Notes: generated by a model not told the origin, from the letters alone. A stretch of 63,573 nt of DNA, filler included, from Choristocarpus tenellus KU-1152 (GCA_964200185.2; 13 parts of 13 records of this genome joined end to end with filler, not necessarily neighbours in it), one strand, 5' to 3'; positions 37,865-51,879 are shown, numbered from the whole stretch's first letter. Program-made: numbers and translations.

Positions 37865-40619
37865 TGTTATCTAATTCATTCGTCATCAAACACGTCAGAG
37901 ATATGTTTAAACATGTTTGTGACAGTTACACTACGTCAGTCACTTATAAGTTCAAGTTACGCTACGTCAGTCGCTTGTAAGTTCAAGTTACATTACTTTA
38001 TTCACTTTTACACTATAAACCATATAGACTACTAGTCTATATTGCACAGTAGAGTTATCATAACCTTTTACCAGTGATTAGTTGAATGAGAAGAATTCTC
38101 ATATAAAAGGAAATATTTCTGATTTTATGGGGCCTTGCATGCCCTACCTAAATTTAATCAATCACTCTACAGACACCAAGCAACCTTGCCGGGTTTATCA
38201 CCTTTATCCTCTTTGATGATTTTGGGGATACTTTAACACAATATATTGAACCTTACGAAAGACATCATTTCATCATGTCTACTGAGGAGATGCGATTCAA
38301 GAATTGCGGGAACCTGTTCCTTCTGAGGGCCCATCTGTCCAAGAATTCAGACAGCTTCTGGCGACGGTAGCGGAGTTGTCAAGAAACGTTGGTAATCTCA
38401 TGGTTCAGTCTCAAAGACTCGGCGACGGAAATCATCCCGTCGTCCAGGCCGCTGTGCCCAGCACACGGCCTCCGGCTGGGGGCGTGCCAGTCGAGGTGGG
38501 TCCTATGGAACCTATGTTGAGGGAAACTTTCCCAGAGAGGGGAAACAGTTTGGATGCTGCGAGCATCAGGAGCCAAAGTACGTTAGAGGGTAGGGGTGCG
38601 TCCATTTGGGGGCCACAATCCAGTGTTGCGATTTTGATGTAATTTTGGCTATCATGTTTGTTAAGAAGTGTTAATATCCTTGTTCCGGCACACCTTTTCG
38701 TAACGAATATATTTTACCTACTCCGAAATATTTTGGAGTAGGAAGATGAAATAAATAAAAACCATGGGAAGGCAAGCCTTAAACGGACAAACAGGGCAAA
38801 ACTCTTACCCTCTAAGATACTTTCACTCTCAGAAGTGGAGCAAGCTGGAGGTCTGGTTCTTCGGAGAGCTTGGGGACAGGCGCACGTATTGTTCGCCCTA
38901 CGACAAAGAGATCAAGAACCCAACCACCGAAACTATTGGACGACTCGGACTACCGGGACTGGCGTAGGCGTTTCATCCTGCATTGCAGATATACTCACTG
39001 TTTGGATGCGTTGACAAGTGAAAGACCAGTCAATCAAGAATGTTCCTACGAGGATCTTCTCTCGGACGGCTTCAGTGTGAATGATATTTTGATGGCCGAA
39101 GAGGCCTACCATGCACTTACTGTTGCTTTGGTTGCACCCACCACCAGGGCACTGTGCTATACGCATCAAAGCCCTAGCGAGCTTTTCCGAGCAATAGCTG
39201 ATTGGTTCATGCCTAATACAGTGGTTAATAGCCAACATTTGTTCCGAGATTTTTTCACCTCAAAGGTGGAGAAGGGGGCGAATCCGATCCTGACTTTAAA
39301 CCACCTGGAAGAGCTTTGGGGGATGATGCTATCAATGGACCTGGTCAAGCTGCTGCTCCTACAGTTCCTGAGTGCTCTCGGATCAGATTACGATACCGAA
39401 ATACGCATGATGGCCTCGCAGAGAACACTATGTCAAGCAGAGCGATATGCTTCCCTTCATCAGACCAAGGACTCAAGACACAAGAACAGCCATGCTTTGG
39501 TTGTTAACAGCTCATCACAAGGGAAGAGTCAGTCTCATCGCAACGGCCAAGGTCGCGGGGTCGAACGTAAATGGTGGAAGAAAAAAACGTTCCGAGAAGA
39601 TTCCTTGTGAGAGATACGGTAGGCATGGACATGCAAAGACAGCTTGCCCAAACCGCATTTGCACCAAATGTGGTGGACGTGCCCATGATGCAACAACGTG
39701 CACTTTGGTGTTCTTGACTACGATTCAGTCTGGGAAGGAAGAGATCAAGACCGAGGCGAATCCTTACCACATTACTATGGAAAGTACCACCAGCTGCGGC
39801 GACGACAAGCGATACACACTACTGGTTGCCACTGAGGCCTCTCCGAGCAGCAATGCTCCAGGCAAGTGTGAGGCAAACGAATGTTTGGTGTCAAGTGTTG
39901 GGGTTGGCCGCGAGGGAGAAGAATGGATTTTGGACAGTGCAGCTTCATGTCACGTAACTAATATGATAACTCACACGACTCATTACAAGCCTTGCGTTGG
40001 AAATGAAAGGGTAGTCACTGCCAGCCAAAATTCCTTTTGCATCGCTGGTCATGGTGATCTAATCATCTTGTTTTCGTCACGTGACAACAAGGAGGTAGAA
40101 ATACTCCTTCAGAATGTCGCTCATGTCCCTGATCTAGGACTCAACCTTTTTTCTTGCCAAGCAGCAACTGATAAGGGTGTGAAAGGCATTTTCACAGCCA
40201 GCACATTCTCGCTATTAGATGGAGTACTTAACTTCACGAGAGATCCTGGTTGCCACTACACCCTCCATGGTCAACGCATATTGCCACGACTAGATGGAAA
40301 TGCTGAAGTTGCTTTAAAGGGCACTATAACCCCCTTGCTTGCACCCCACGCCCCCCACACCAACGTCGACATTAACCTCTTCCACCGCTCTTATGGCCAC
40401 GCACACGAGGAATTGCTCAAGTCTACCGCCACTTCAATGGGCACTACATTGGTGGGTGAGCTGGAGTCATGTGCAGGCTGCTCTATGAGCAAGGGCATAC
40501 GGAAGGGTGTACGGTCCAGCACGTCTACAAGGGCGGTAAGAAAGCTGGATCGGGTTTTTGTCGACTTAAGTGGGAAGAGGGCTACCCTTTCAATCGGTGG
40601 TAAGCAATACACCATGATA
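37865..40619 (+). mobile_element. Ty1/Copia LTR retrotransposon, copy 2: probable 5' LTR 37865-38238, gag, protease, integrase start; truncated by the gap
   Basis: TGTTA...TAACA LTR ends. Two zinc knuckles, protease WILDSAASCH, GAG-pre-integrase FHRSYGH..CAGCSMSK, then integrase RVFVDLSG (PR-INT order indicates Copia). Frameshifts and a MITE insertion. Confidence 0.93.
38570..38828. mobile_element. MITE family B inserted in Copia gag
   Basis: TSD TCAG/TCAG; the paralogous empty site with a single TCAG is at 31499-31502. Confidence 0.93.
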
Positions 40620-43600
40620 NNNNNNNNNNNNNNNNNNNNNNNNNNNNNNNNNNNNNNNNNNNNTTAATTAATTAANNNNNNNNNNNNNNNNNNNNNNNNN
40701 NNNNNNNNNNNNNNNNNNNAAAAACCCCCCCCCCCCCCACCCCCCCCCCCCCCCCCCCCCCAGACTCTTTGACCCTATAATTTTATTGAGGTATAAATAG
40801 AGGACTGAGACATTCGCAAAGAATGGTCTCACAATAAATACACGACAAACAAATAGACAAGAAGCGCAGCAAAAAATCTAGGACGTTAAGGTGACAATGG
40901 AGTTTATGAAAACCTCCATTAAGATCCATTCCCTGTGGCTTGATGAGTTGGCATCAAATTCGTCACCGCAACCCAACGTACATCAATAGTCATATGACAC
41001 AATCAACAGCACATAAATGGCAAGCACTCCGAGATACTCCCTACGTAATATAATCTGCAGTCCTATCCCGCAAGCCAACCCACATAAGCTACACGAACCT
41101 GAAAATATCGGACATCCTCCTTTCGGAAATCCTCCATCTTCTGAGGTTTGTTTGACAAAGACCAAAAAATATTTGTACCCTGCATGCCAGAAGGAGCAAA
41201 GAATGACGAAATACATAGAGTGTAGTACTGTAGTCAACGATCTTGCAAAAGTATGTTTGAAAGGAAAACAAGTCGCTTGCTTCATCACTTCTCGCACGGT
41301 CCTGCAGTGGGAAGACAATTTGTTTCCAAAACCCCTAGAAGTCCACACACAAAATGCATGCCTTCCATCACATGTGTCTTCTGCCATCTCAATTCCTTCT
41401 CAACATGAAGCAACCGCCTCTACAATTAGTTGCTGTGGCCAAGGGTAGGAGACTTATTATTATTCATTATTTTTCGTTTTTTTGTGGAAATCCCCTAACT
41501 CACTCCTCCTCGGTTAAATGTGGTTGAGTATGAAATAGAACCTTCCTTTCAGTCTGGACATCGCTGACTAATAATAATATGTAAACTTCCAGATTTCTAC
41601 CGAATCAAAGAGATGAGGAGTGGATAGACCACTATGGCAATAATATTAGTTACCATGAACAGTTCATGCAACCTTACTTATTATACCGTCAGTGCTGTCT
41701 TTCTTAGTCATACTGTACTGGTAATCGAATAGATTTATCAAAACTCATTTAAGAAAAAACATAACTCTTTGCACTGATCAGGCACTTATCTGGGCTGACC
41801 CAACGGACTGGGTCATCATGGAGTGGGCCGCACACTGGCCCCATTATACTCCTAACGGACACGGCGTGGTCACATTGAAAGATATCTTTCTGGATCAGCC
41901 CGAGGCCCTGTCCCGATAAGGTTCTTCTCCTTCCGTCTTTCGTACTTAAATCAAATTGTATTCTTTAGATCTTGACCGGGTTGGTCCTGTTCGAAAATGA
42001 TTACTTTTTATTTTTCTCGATTAGAAAATATATGGGTTAACCGAATGTACCAAATATAGCCAGAAATCGTTGGGCCAGTGATTTGGAGGTCAAATCGGAG
42101 ATTTGCGTCGATTTAAGTGTTTGCAGGTGATCATTTTCTCATACTTTCGTGGAAAATCTGCAGCACTCAGGAGGGATGGGTGGTACTTGGAGGTGTCCGT
42201 AACCAGCACCTAGGATCCCAGCACCCAGCATGCAACCAAGGTTGTTAACAATATATTAAAGGATATGTAATGAGTTGTGAGGTTAGTAGATTATGGACAA
42301 TGGGACCATGCTCTCTGTGGTTGGTGAGTGCCCCTAACCACAATTGAAGGGTGGGTTGTATTTCTGTAAGGGATGTGAAAGACGGTACACAGCATATGTG
42401 TGCAAACGCCCTACACGTGTGAGGATTTGATTTTTTTTATGGACTGCTAAACTTTAGTACTTCAAATAACTATACAAAGGGTGGACACTGGAATATGCTG
42501 TCGACTTCACAGGTGAAGGCCACCTTCCACCCCCACATGCTGGAGGTACTGAACCATGAAGATCATGTTATCATGGCAGAGGGGATCACATGTAGTCTCG
42601 AGTTATAAACCATATCCAAGCTTTTTACACACAATAAAAAATGGAGGTTCGTCTCAAGTCAGGATGCCCTCTCTTATTGCAATCGAACTTAACAGTATCC
42701 TTGATATTCTGTAAGAAAAGAGTATTTTGTGATATTTTGTATGGGGATACAACGACCCTAGCACTAGCAAGAAAATCCATTTTTTTGAGGTATTAATTTA
42801 TAAAATAGTTAAAAAAAGGCATTATATCACACCACATGATGCCTCCTCTCTTGTAGGAAATGGCAGCCAAATTGAGGTGTTGTTTCCAGAAAATTCGACT
42901 TGACAGGGGCATTCAACGGGTAGAGAACGATTTTGTTGGTGCCATGTGGAGAGGGTCGGTGAACATCTACGTTATCGCCAATAAATTTCAAGCGAATTAG
43001 TGACTCTGTCGCCCATCGCGTCGCCACTGCCAAATTTCTATTAGGTACTACTTGGAGTTGGCAATGATGCCGACTCAATCTAATGAATCTACTACAGCAT
43101 ACCATCGATATTGGGGAGATTTTGTGAGTTTCCTCTAAAGTTGACTGTATTCTACAGTATATGGAATGCATGTTCAACACATTTCTATTGCAAAAAATCG
43201 TAAATTAATTGCTGGTAGAATGTATTCGATCATATGGAATGAATGGTTCGATCGATATCGGAAGTTAAAAGTATGTTGTTACTTGTATTCTGAGTCAAAC
43301 CAAGTGAGAGGTAGGTAGGGTTAGATTTCGAGGATATCGAGAAAGAGAGCAAAAAATTGTCTTTGTGTACGATTGAAGAAAGACCCTTCCTAAATTGTGG
43401 TGTCACTCTGCATATCGAAAGGGGGAATATCAACTTTGCGTACACTATTGTGCACATAAAATGCAATGATATAGTGTGTATTGCACAGGGTAAGAAAGAT
43501 TCTTAGAATGCGGAAGGGTCCAAACCTGCCTACCTCCAAAACTGGATTGGNNNNNNNNNNNNNNNNNNNNNNNNNNNNNNNNNNNNNNNNNNNNTTAATT

Positions 43601-44273
43601 AATTAANNNNNNNNNNNNNNNNNNNNNNNNNNNNNNNNNNNNNNNNNNNNCATCAGAAAAGTTACCCCAAATGGACAGCAGTCACCCCCCCCCCCCCCCA
43701 GATACTTAGAGCCTCATACTGTATGGCCACCAATGGCACAAAAGGTTATTGCAGTTCTAACCCGAGTATTTTTTTTTGTTTCTCAAAGTAAAATCTGGTC
43801 CTAGTGTGTATTGTTATTGTTTCCAAATCCCTCAGATCGGTGAGGGCACACCAGGAAAATGACCTCAAGAATGAATAAAACTATGTGAGAGGTCGGCAGG
43901 TTTTAACCCTTACGCATTTCAAGGTTTTGTCCTTACCCGGGCATAACACACCCTATTTCTTTGCTTTATTTGGACAAACCTGTCCACACAATAAATTAAC
44001 CTTTCCACTTATTAAATGAAAAAATAAATAAATTCAGAATATGCCCTTTCCAAAATTACAGAAAACAGCTCCTTTTTGGTCATTTCTTGGGAGTGCTTAA
44101 AATGCAAGCTTCTCTACCTCTTAAATATTTTGGCTCAAGGTTTCTTTATATGATCCCTTACCTCTTAAATATTTTGTTAATCTTGAAGCCCCAGCGGTCA
44201 TTCCAACATACACTCTTCACCTGAAGAGTTGAAGCCTTTGATGCCATTGGCCGAGGAACTTGCTTCTGCGCAG

Positions 44274-47200
44274 CTGAGGTTAGAGTACTTCAGTTTAGGT
44301 CTAGCCGGTTCACTTGCTGATGCTGTGAGGAGGAACTGGTTTGTCCTAGGTCAATCACAGATCAGAGCTTGGACCACACTGGTGAGTTCGCACATATGCT
44401 TCAAAATACTCCCAAGGGCATATATTTACTACTACATCTGTATGGTGATGCCATTCAACCTAAAATTTGCTAGCCATTGTGTCCTCTTCCTTGTTGTGAA
44501 GAGCAGCTAAGATTTTTTTGACCATACAATATCGAGGCTACTGTTCGAATGCCCTACAGAGTGTAACTGCATAAATAAGCTCAGCCATGCGTACACGCAC
44601 CCATGTAGTTGTACACACACATCCACACAAGGTGATACTAGTTCAACACTCTCACACCAATCCACATACTCACATATTCAAGCTGCTGTGTTCTACTTGC
44701 AACTTGACAGGAAGCCCTAGCTTTTCTCTGTAAAGAGCAGATACACGACCTTGTGCTACAAGCTGAGGCAGCCTTACATCAGCGGTCAACGACCTCTGTC
44801 CAATCACTGTCCCCCCCCTCTTCTGCTGAAGGAGGTGGAGGAAGGGGGCACAAGATGAATAGTGACGGTAGACCTGGTATTTCTCCACTAGATGCAGATG
44901 GTCCGATGAAGGAAATTTCTTCAAGCATCAACCTCGGGGGAGCTAGAAGGGGAGATAAAAGTGGAGAAGTGGGGGATAGTAGTGAATCTATTTCCGAGAG
45001 GGATAATGGAATCACTAGGGGTAGGGTAGAACCAAAGCTGGACCAGGCAAAGGAAGTGGTACCTGTTTCAAATATCCCTCGCCCTATGCAACAGCAAACA
45101 GCAGGGCTTCAGGACCAGGGGATTGAGCATCAGACACGACAAGGGAGGGTATCGAGGAGCCGAGGGTACTCCATGACAATGAGTGGTGACAGCCTAGGGT
45201 CATTGTCGAAGGGTGATGGCGTGGAAGTGGGCAATTGGTCTTTTCCCGATAAGATGTTGGGAGAGAACAAGGGGCAGGTCAGACTTGGGACAAGAAATAA
45301 ATACCTTGTTTTATTGTAGAACTTCGAGGTTGAATGTTCCTGATTGGCATGTAAACACCAACTAATCTTGAACCAAGGCTATTGGGGGGGAGAAACTATC
45401 ATAATAAATTTGGATCATTGGTGGGAAAAATACATTGTGTGTTCATTCAGCTTCTATTAAGGCACAATAATATTGAGTCGATTGCTGAACATGAAAAGTA
45501 AGACTCTTAAAGCGTGTCAGGGCAATGGGACATCTTTTTCCTTACATTTTTTTTTTGTAATTTAATGGTCATACTGTTGTTGATAGCTATTGTTTTTCAA
45601 TGTATATGCATTATTCCGATATATAAGGGGCACTAAAGTTTGCCATGATGTGTCAAAGTGCGTTCAACTCCCTTTATCATATTTTTATTTTCTTCCAAAT
45701 TCTCGGGGGTTTTTTTCAACGGACCTAACATGATCTTCTGATGTTGACACACCTCTAGGGTAAGTATCCCGGACAACAAAAAATGATATGAAAGCGTTTC
45801 AGCTGTTGAATTGTATACTATTATACTCCCATGTAAATCTGAAGCTTGATTTGATTTTCATCTTATATCCATAAATTTTACTGTAATCACGAAGTGCATT
45901 CATTGCATGTACTCCTTCACCTGCAGGGGTGCTGTCGACACCCATGATTGTATACATTCCAACCTCCTGCCTCGATACTGCCAACCACAGTTTCCTACCC
46001 TACGTATTGTTTCTCACTCAAGTTGGTTTTGCTCCAAATCTTGGTCCTTGAACTGTGCATTTCTTATACGTAGAATGATCCTTATCTTTTCTTCAGTACA
46101 AGTGTATCTCGTCCCCCATTACAACGCCTTGCAATTTTTTTAATTGAGCACTTTCTAGCCTGATTCTTGCAATGATCCTCAGAGATACAGCAATGTGAAT
46201 TTCCCCAATATAGGTGGTGCAAATNNNNNNNNNNNNNNNNNNNNNNNNNNNNNNNNNNNNNNNNNNNNTTAATTAATTAANNNNNNNNNNNNNNNNNNNN
46301 NNNNNNNNNNNNNNNNNNNNNNNNGTGTAGTGTGCTGCTTGATTGTTTACAATGGGGGGGGGGGGGGAGGTCTGCTCTCTTTGGATCCAACATCTTGAGT
46401 GGTTTCAGGGTGTGGTTTCATCGATAGGTGCTTGAGACCAGAGCAGAAAAGTTCAAATTGGTTCCTGAGGATTGAAGTAAACATCCATGTAAGTGTAGTA
46501 TTGATTTGTCCACTGATTGGGCAGCTGCATCTTGTGTTTGTATGGGGGAGGGGGACCGGGTGGGGGGGGGTATTTTGGCTGGGGTATGACATGGGCATAA
46601 ATTATAGATGGGGTGCAAAGCAAGTGTCCTTAGAGTGTGTGAGATGCTTGAGAATCAAGGCCCCCTGCTCGTTGATGATACAGCATGCCAAGTATTGGTT
46701 GACCATGGTGGCCTCGTGGGTCATGAAGACTCTCAGGACTGGTGTTGCTGTATCAATGAATATATCAACGCTTTTTTTGGTGAGGTAGGGAGATGGATGG
46801 GTCTAGCAGTGTGGACATTGATTGTGAATAATTGATTGCTCTTCACTTTGTGAGAGGCAAGGATGCCACTGAGCCTAAGACTTATCAGACTCAAGAGCCT
46901 TATCTATGGCCTACCTCATCTGCTCCGCTGTGAGCTCTTTTCAAAGTCAAAGGGTTAGGGTTTATCTATTTTGACTCGGTATCTATGGAGTGTTACACTT
47001 CTCGTGTTTTTTTTTCTGGTGTTGATGCAGTACAAAATTGTGTTTTTTGTTTCTCTCTAATAGAGTATACTATTGATGCTAAGTGTACGTATACTGGAGC
47101 ATTGAATCTCAGAAAGAGGCGGTTTAGTAATGCCATTGCGCGAAGAGCTCTATTATCTAGGTTCTCTGGGTTGCAATTAGTCTGTCTCTTGAATAGAACG

Positions 47201-47457
47201 TACGCAAATTTAGGCAATGAAAAAAAATGGGCATACAGTGGGATTTTTTTCCAGCTCTATGTGGTTGTTGCCTTTCTTACTGTAACCCCGAGCCCTTCTT
47301 CCCCCTGGCACATGGGTGGCCAACTCATCAAGTATGGGGTATGGTGGATTGGTATGACGTTGTAAAAGGATACCACAAATATGCACACATACTGCTGGTA
47401 GAGTATATTCAATACTTTGTACCACCATTGGTCTCTTTCACGGTCATACTGTTTCAG
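44274..47457 (+). CDS. Unassigned spliced gene fragment. Exons 44274-44381, 44741-45277, probably 46660-46779/46784 and sequence near 47255-47457
   Basis: The first two exons have canonical AG/GT ends and join in phase 0 (LRLEYFSLG..RAWTTL/IHDLVLQAEA..). Later pieces are hydrophobic with uncertain phase. No family recognised; could be the 5' part of the MscS-like gene. Confidence 0.55.
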
Positions 47458-49460
47458 GTACTCGATTACTTCTATATTTCTCTTTATTTCCTTGCTCGGA
47501 GTACGGCATCTCCAAACTTTTGAACCACTGAAAGGTCGCCCTTTCCAGGAAAGAATAATTTATTGGATCTTTTTCAATCTTGGAAGAATCGCTTTATGGG
47601 GCAAGTGGGAGGTCAGATGTGATTATTGAAATTGTGCTATGAGGTGATCATTGTTACCTGATGGATTTACAGTCTGACAAATGTGTTGGGGGGGAAGAGT
47701 TAGGAATTGATAGGATCTTGTGAGTTGCTGGAATACATTCTTCACTGTCTTTTAACGATGCTTCCTCTTTGTCCCAATCTGGCACTCCTCAATAGAGGAT
47801 TAAGATGCTGTTATGTACTAAGGGTTTATCCGTTCTCAAGTTGGGTATGACTACTGCTTGGAAATGCTTAGATAAGTCTCCAATTTGCAGCGAAAATTGG
47901 ATGAAACCATGAACAAAGATCTGCCACCCACTCCCTTTAAATTAGAGCCCCTACTGCAATCTCCCGAATGGGCGCCTTGCAAAGTGTGGGGTGGGCCTAC
48001 ATGTATGTATCTATGTGACAACTCAGACTTGGATGGAGACATTGTTGTGGATATCAAACCTCCTATCCTCCTTGTACTCATCATCTTCGGTCAACACCTG
48101 ATGTTAAGTCTGGTCCATATCATGTTGAAATTTGAGATCCCACCCTTGTGTTCAAGGGAACTGCTATGGGAATATCTACCCTTTTGACGGGGTTCAGGAT
48201 CTCAAGTTTACGGTTCTTGGAAGATCCTCCCTCTCAACCTACGCTTCCCTGATGGTGATTTATTTTCTCCAAGTCGCCTCGTCTTTCTGACCAGGGTCAA
48301 CAATTGTTGGAGTTGGTTGCACTCCTGTCTTGTCCACCATCGTGTGTTGATGTGACCCTACATCTCTGGTGATTTCCTAATACTGATGCGGGTGAGTACC
48401 ACTATTATGGGGCTTGGTTCTGTGTGGTGGGTTGTGACGAGAATCACGAGAAATTGGATCAGGAACGAAGTGATAGGTAGGTGGAGTTGAGGCATGCAAA
48501 TTACCATGATGATCAATCTCCTTTGTGATTGATTGTGATTAGTAAGAACAAAAACACAATCTCCTCATGTCGTTGTTAGAATCCACCGTTCATGTTGGGG
48601 TTACGGCGAGCCGGTTTTGGGTCTGATCCACACCACATCACCTTGACTACCCTCAATGACAAAAGGTGGCGCACACAAGTAGACATGATTGCGAGCACTA
48701 TCCACATCGCATTATGGTTATTCTGCCTGTGATGATGATGATGATGATGACCCACATCTTATCACTGTTAATTACAAAAGGTAGCGCGCGCAAGCGGGCA
48801 TGAATGTGTGTACTATCCACATCACATCATGATTATTACGATCATTATGAGGTCTTTTCGTTGGGCTTGGCAGTTAGCATGTCCAGTGTTGCCTTACGGC
48901 TGCAAAACAGTCCGTGGCCGGCCATGTCGAAACGGTCAATGGTCATGGATTCGGTCATGTTCGAACTCGGTTATGTGCGGTCTGTGTGGGTCAGGTCATG
49001 TTGAATAAGTGAGCGCCACGATGGACTTGGCCATGTTCGAACTTGGTTGTACATGGCCCATCAGTAACCCCTATCATGTTGAGCAAGCGATGGCGATAGA
49101 CTTGGTCATGTTAGAATATTATATTTATGGGCTGTAAGGCAATATTTTTTTACACTGGTCACGTCATGACCATCCCTCCAGTTATTATTATTATTATGCT
49201 CTCTAACATTTTCTGGATGTGTCAGGGAAAAATCAACAAAAACTATTCACATGTCAGAATAAACCCTAAAAAAGTAACGGTTGTCATAAATGTGAAAAAC
49301 ATGGTCTTTTCGCTGTTTTACAGCCAGCTATGGTACATCATTCCCTGTACCTTAACCTACCTTAGTCCTGTACTCCAGGGTGAGGAGCTAGGGAAGCATC
49401 CCAAGAATCTAACAAGCCCCCCCTTACCCATCACCCTGGTCTCTCCAGCGTAAAACGCAC

Positions 49461-49529
49461 GACACGTCTAGATAGAGCTACTTGACACGTCTAGATAGAG
49501 CTACTTGACACGTCTAGATAGAGCTACTT
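49461..49529. repeat. Perfect tandem repeat, 23 bp x 3
   Basis: Unit gacacgtctagatagagctactt; abuts the 3' side of the CRE fragment. Confidence 0.95.
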
Positions 49530-50100
49530 ATTGTGTTGTGACAAGACACTATCTATCTGTCGGACACGGGATTTGACAGCGCCTTTCCTGCTGTAGCCTC
49601 CTGCCTCTCTCCCCCCTACAGCGTGCGTAGCCAACTCATCCAGAAAACCTTTCGCTTCCTTGCCGAGGTGCCCAAAACCTTCCACCACGAAGGTGTTGAG
49701 GTTAAAACTACGAGGGTCAAAAGAACCCTTGTAGTGGGTGCGCTTTCGCACCTCAGCTGTAGCAGTAGCTACACCTTTGCTGGTGGTTGAGTGGGGTAGG
49801 TGGGATGCTGCTTGCACTTCTGCAAACAGCATCTAGAAGGAGGCCTTTGTCCCGGTAGGGAGCTGATCCGGCGTCTGCAAGTGCCCCAGGATAGAAGACC
49901 AGATCCATGCGGAAATTCCGGTCCACTGTGGATGGGAAACCGTCCTCCATAGTGCAAGGGATGCCCATTCCTTTGTAGAGTTGACCTAGATGCTTCACCA
50001 TCGGTGTGTGTTGGCGAACCTGTCCTCCTGCACTAGGGCAGGCATGTGCATGTCTTGTGTACACATTTTGCCTCCTGCACACAGCCACTGGGCACCTGTT
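49530..50100 (-). mobile_element. CRE-type non-LTR retrotransposon 3' fragment (Cys/His motif plus RLE domain)
   Basis: RHAHACPSAGGQVRQH..NFRMDLVF..GLLLD..AEVRKRTHYKGSF..FVVEGFGHLGKEAKGFLDELA follows the RH / RxD / E..K..Y / E..G..G RLE signature. Confidence 0.8.
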
Positions 50101-51700
50101 CGAAGGGCCTCCTATCTCCCTAGGGATCTACCTATAGTAAGTCTAAACTCGATGGGAGGGATCTGGCATGCTGGTTCCTAAATTTCAATTTCTACCGTTG
50201 TAAGTGCCAACTATATTATGTAGGGTGATGTTTCTATATTTTTCTATGTTGTTGTTTAGAACATTGAAATTGTGAATTTAATACAAATAACAGCCGATTT
50301 CAAAAATTGAGGATGGAGCTTTTCATTGAGGATGGGCTTGACCCAAAATTGANNNNNNNNNNNNNNNNNNNNNNNNNNNNNNNNNNNNNNNNNNNNTTAA
50401 TTAATTAANNNNNNNNNNNNNNNNNNNNNNNNNNNNNNNNNNNNNNNNNNNNTTCAGTATAGGTGGGTCTATTGCAATGAGGAGGGTAGTGATGGAATGG
50501 GCAAGGAATTAGGAATGTTTGTTGTCAATAGTCAAGAGGTCAAAAAACAGTCTCACACCATGGTTCAAGTAACTCGTGGGTTGCTACGTTCCTGTGGGTG
50601 AAATCTAGTTTCAATGCTATGCAGACCTTTACAGGAACTCTAGTTTAGCTTGCACAAAATATGATAGGCATACACATTGTTACTAGGGAAATAGTAAGGG
50701 TAACATAATGGCATAGGTAGTTGAGGAGTAAACCTTGTGCACAGATACATATTGAAGGGGCACTATACTGTACAGCTCCATATTGACGCAGTTCCTAGCT
50801 CTAGACGATATTTTTGCACATTATATCCAGTGCTGTAGGTGGAAGATGGTTCATCATTTAACAGGTGGTACAAGTTGTGAGGCGAGCTTCAATAGAAGAC
50901 CCAAATCAATCAATCAACTTGCTTTTGTATCTGAGTACTACTACTGGGCTGTCAAAAAGCTTGTATATATCTAAGATCAACTATTGCGTGGGAGGGAATA
51001 TTGAATATTATCTGCAGCAGCTAAAGGGAGAATAATATAGTTCTCCATTTCCCTTCTCCAGAGATCCTACTACTACAACTTCCTCTTGCTGGAGTTTCCA
51101 GAAGAAAATCACCCACAGGGCACTCCTTACCTCATTCCACTGCACGTGAGCCATCTTTGCATGTACCACCCTCATAATCAATGTACCTACGCTGTGCTGG
51201 TCCATCGTTGATCCCTTGAATTGAATATTTTCCGTTGCTCTGCCAACTCACGCCAAATCCATTCTTTCATACGCCCACCACAACCATTTCCTGACTCCAC
51301 ACGCTCTGTACAGTACGAAGTGTGAGACAGGGAGCCAAATGCATCCAACACCTATCTTAACGGAGGCACCTTGGACAACTAACGATCAAATCCAGTCCCC
51401 TTCAGGCATGAGTAACCACAAATGTTGTCGCATCATTGGTGCCGTTGAAGTGTTCTGATTATTACGTGCAATATCTATTTCTTTCCCTACTGGCGTTTCT
51501 TCAGATGACGGTTAGAGAATACCTATGTTGAATAAACTTGATGGAAACACTGCACATTTGGCAAACAACTTGGTTCTGATAGACCATTGGGAACCTGTAA
51601 CGCATTGTAAGATGATAGAGAATGTCTCCCTTCCCTCCTCTTTCAGGTTCTGTTCTTGCCCCAAGCACACACACATCCAAGCCACTCAGAAACACTATCT

Positions 51701-51879
51701 GACCCAAACTATCTGGGGGAGGTGGGGGGTCTACACCAGGGTGTCTATTTGGGTCAAAACCAGGAAAAGTGCACTTACATTATCCTTCCAACGTATGCAA
51801 CCAAATCACACAAAAATTGCAACATGGAAAGAATGGGCCCCAAATGGACACCCGCCACCCCACCCAGATACTTTGAGCC
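51701..51879. mobile_element. MITE family A
   Basis: A-type TIRs; TSD ATCT/ATCT. Confidence 0.92.

Noticed and set aside
38226-38238. Copia LTR end GATACTTT resembling the MITE TIR core
   Set aside because: Only an 8-bp match, with no partner TIR or TSD; treated as coincidence.
47830-49110. Possible decayed retroelement gag plus short internal repeats
   Set aside because: Too degenerate to assign; no diagnostic motif, LTR pair or PBS found.
49461-49529. 23-bp repeats as a CRISPR array
   Set aside because: No spacers; simple tandem triplication.
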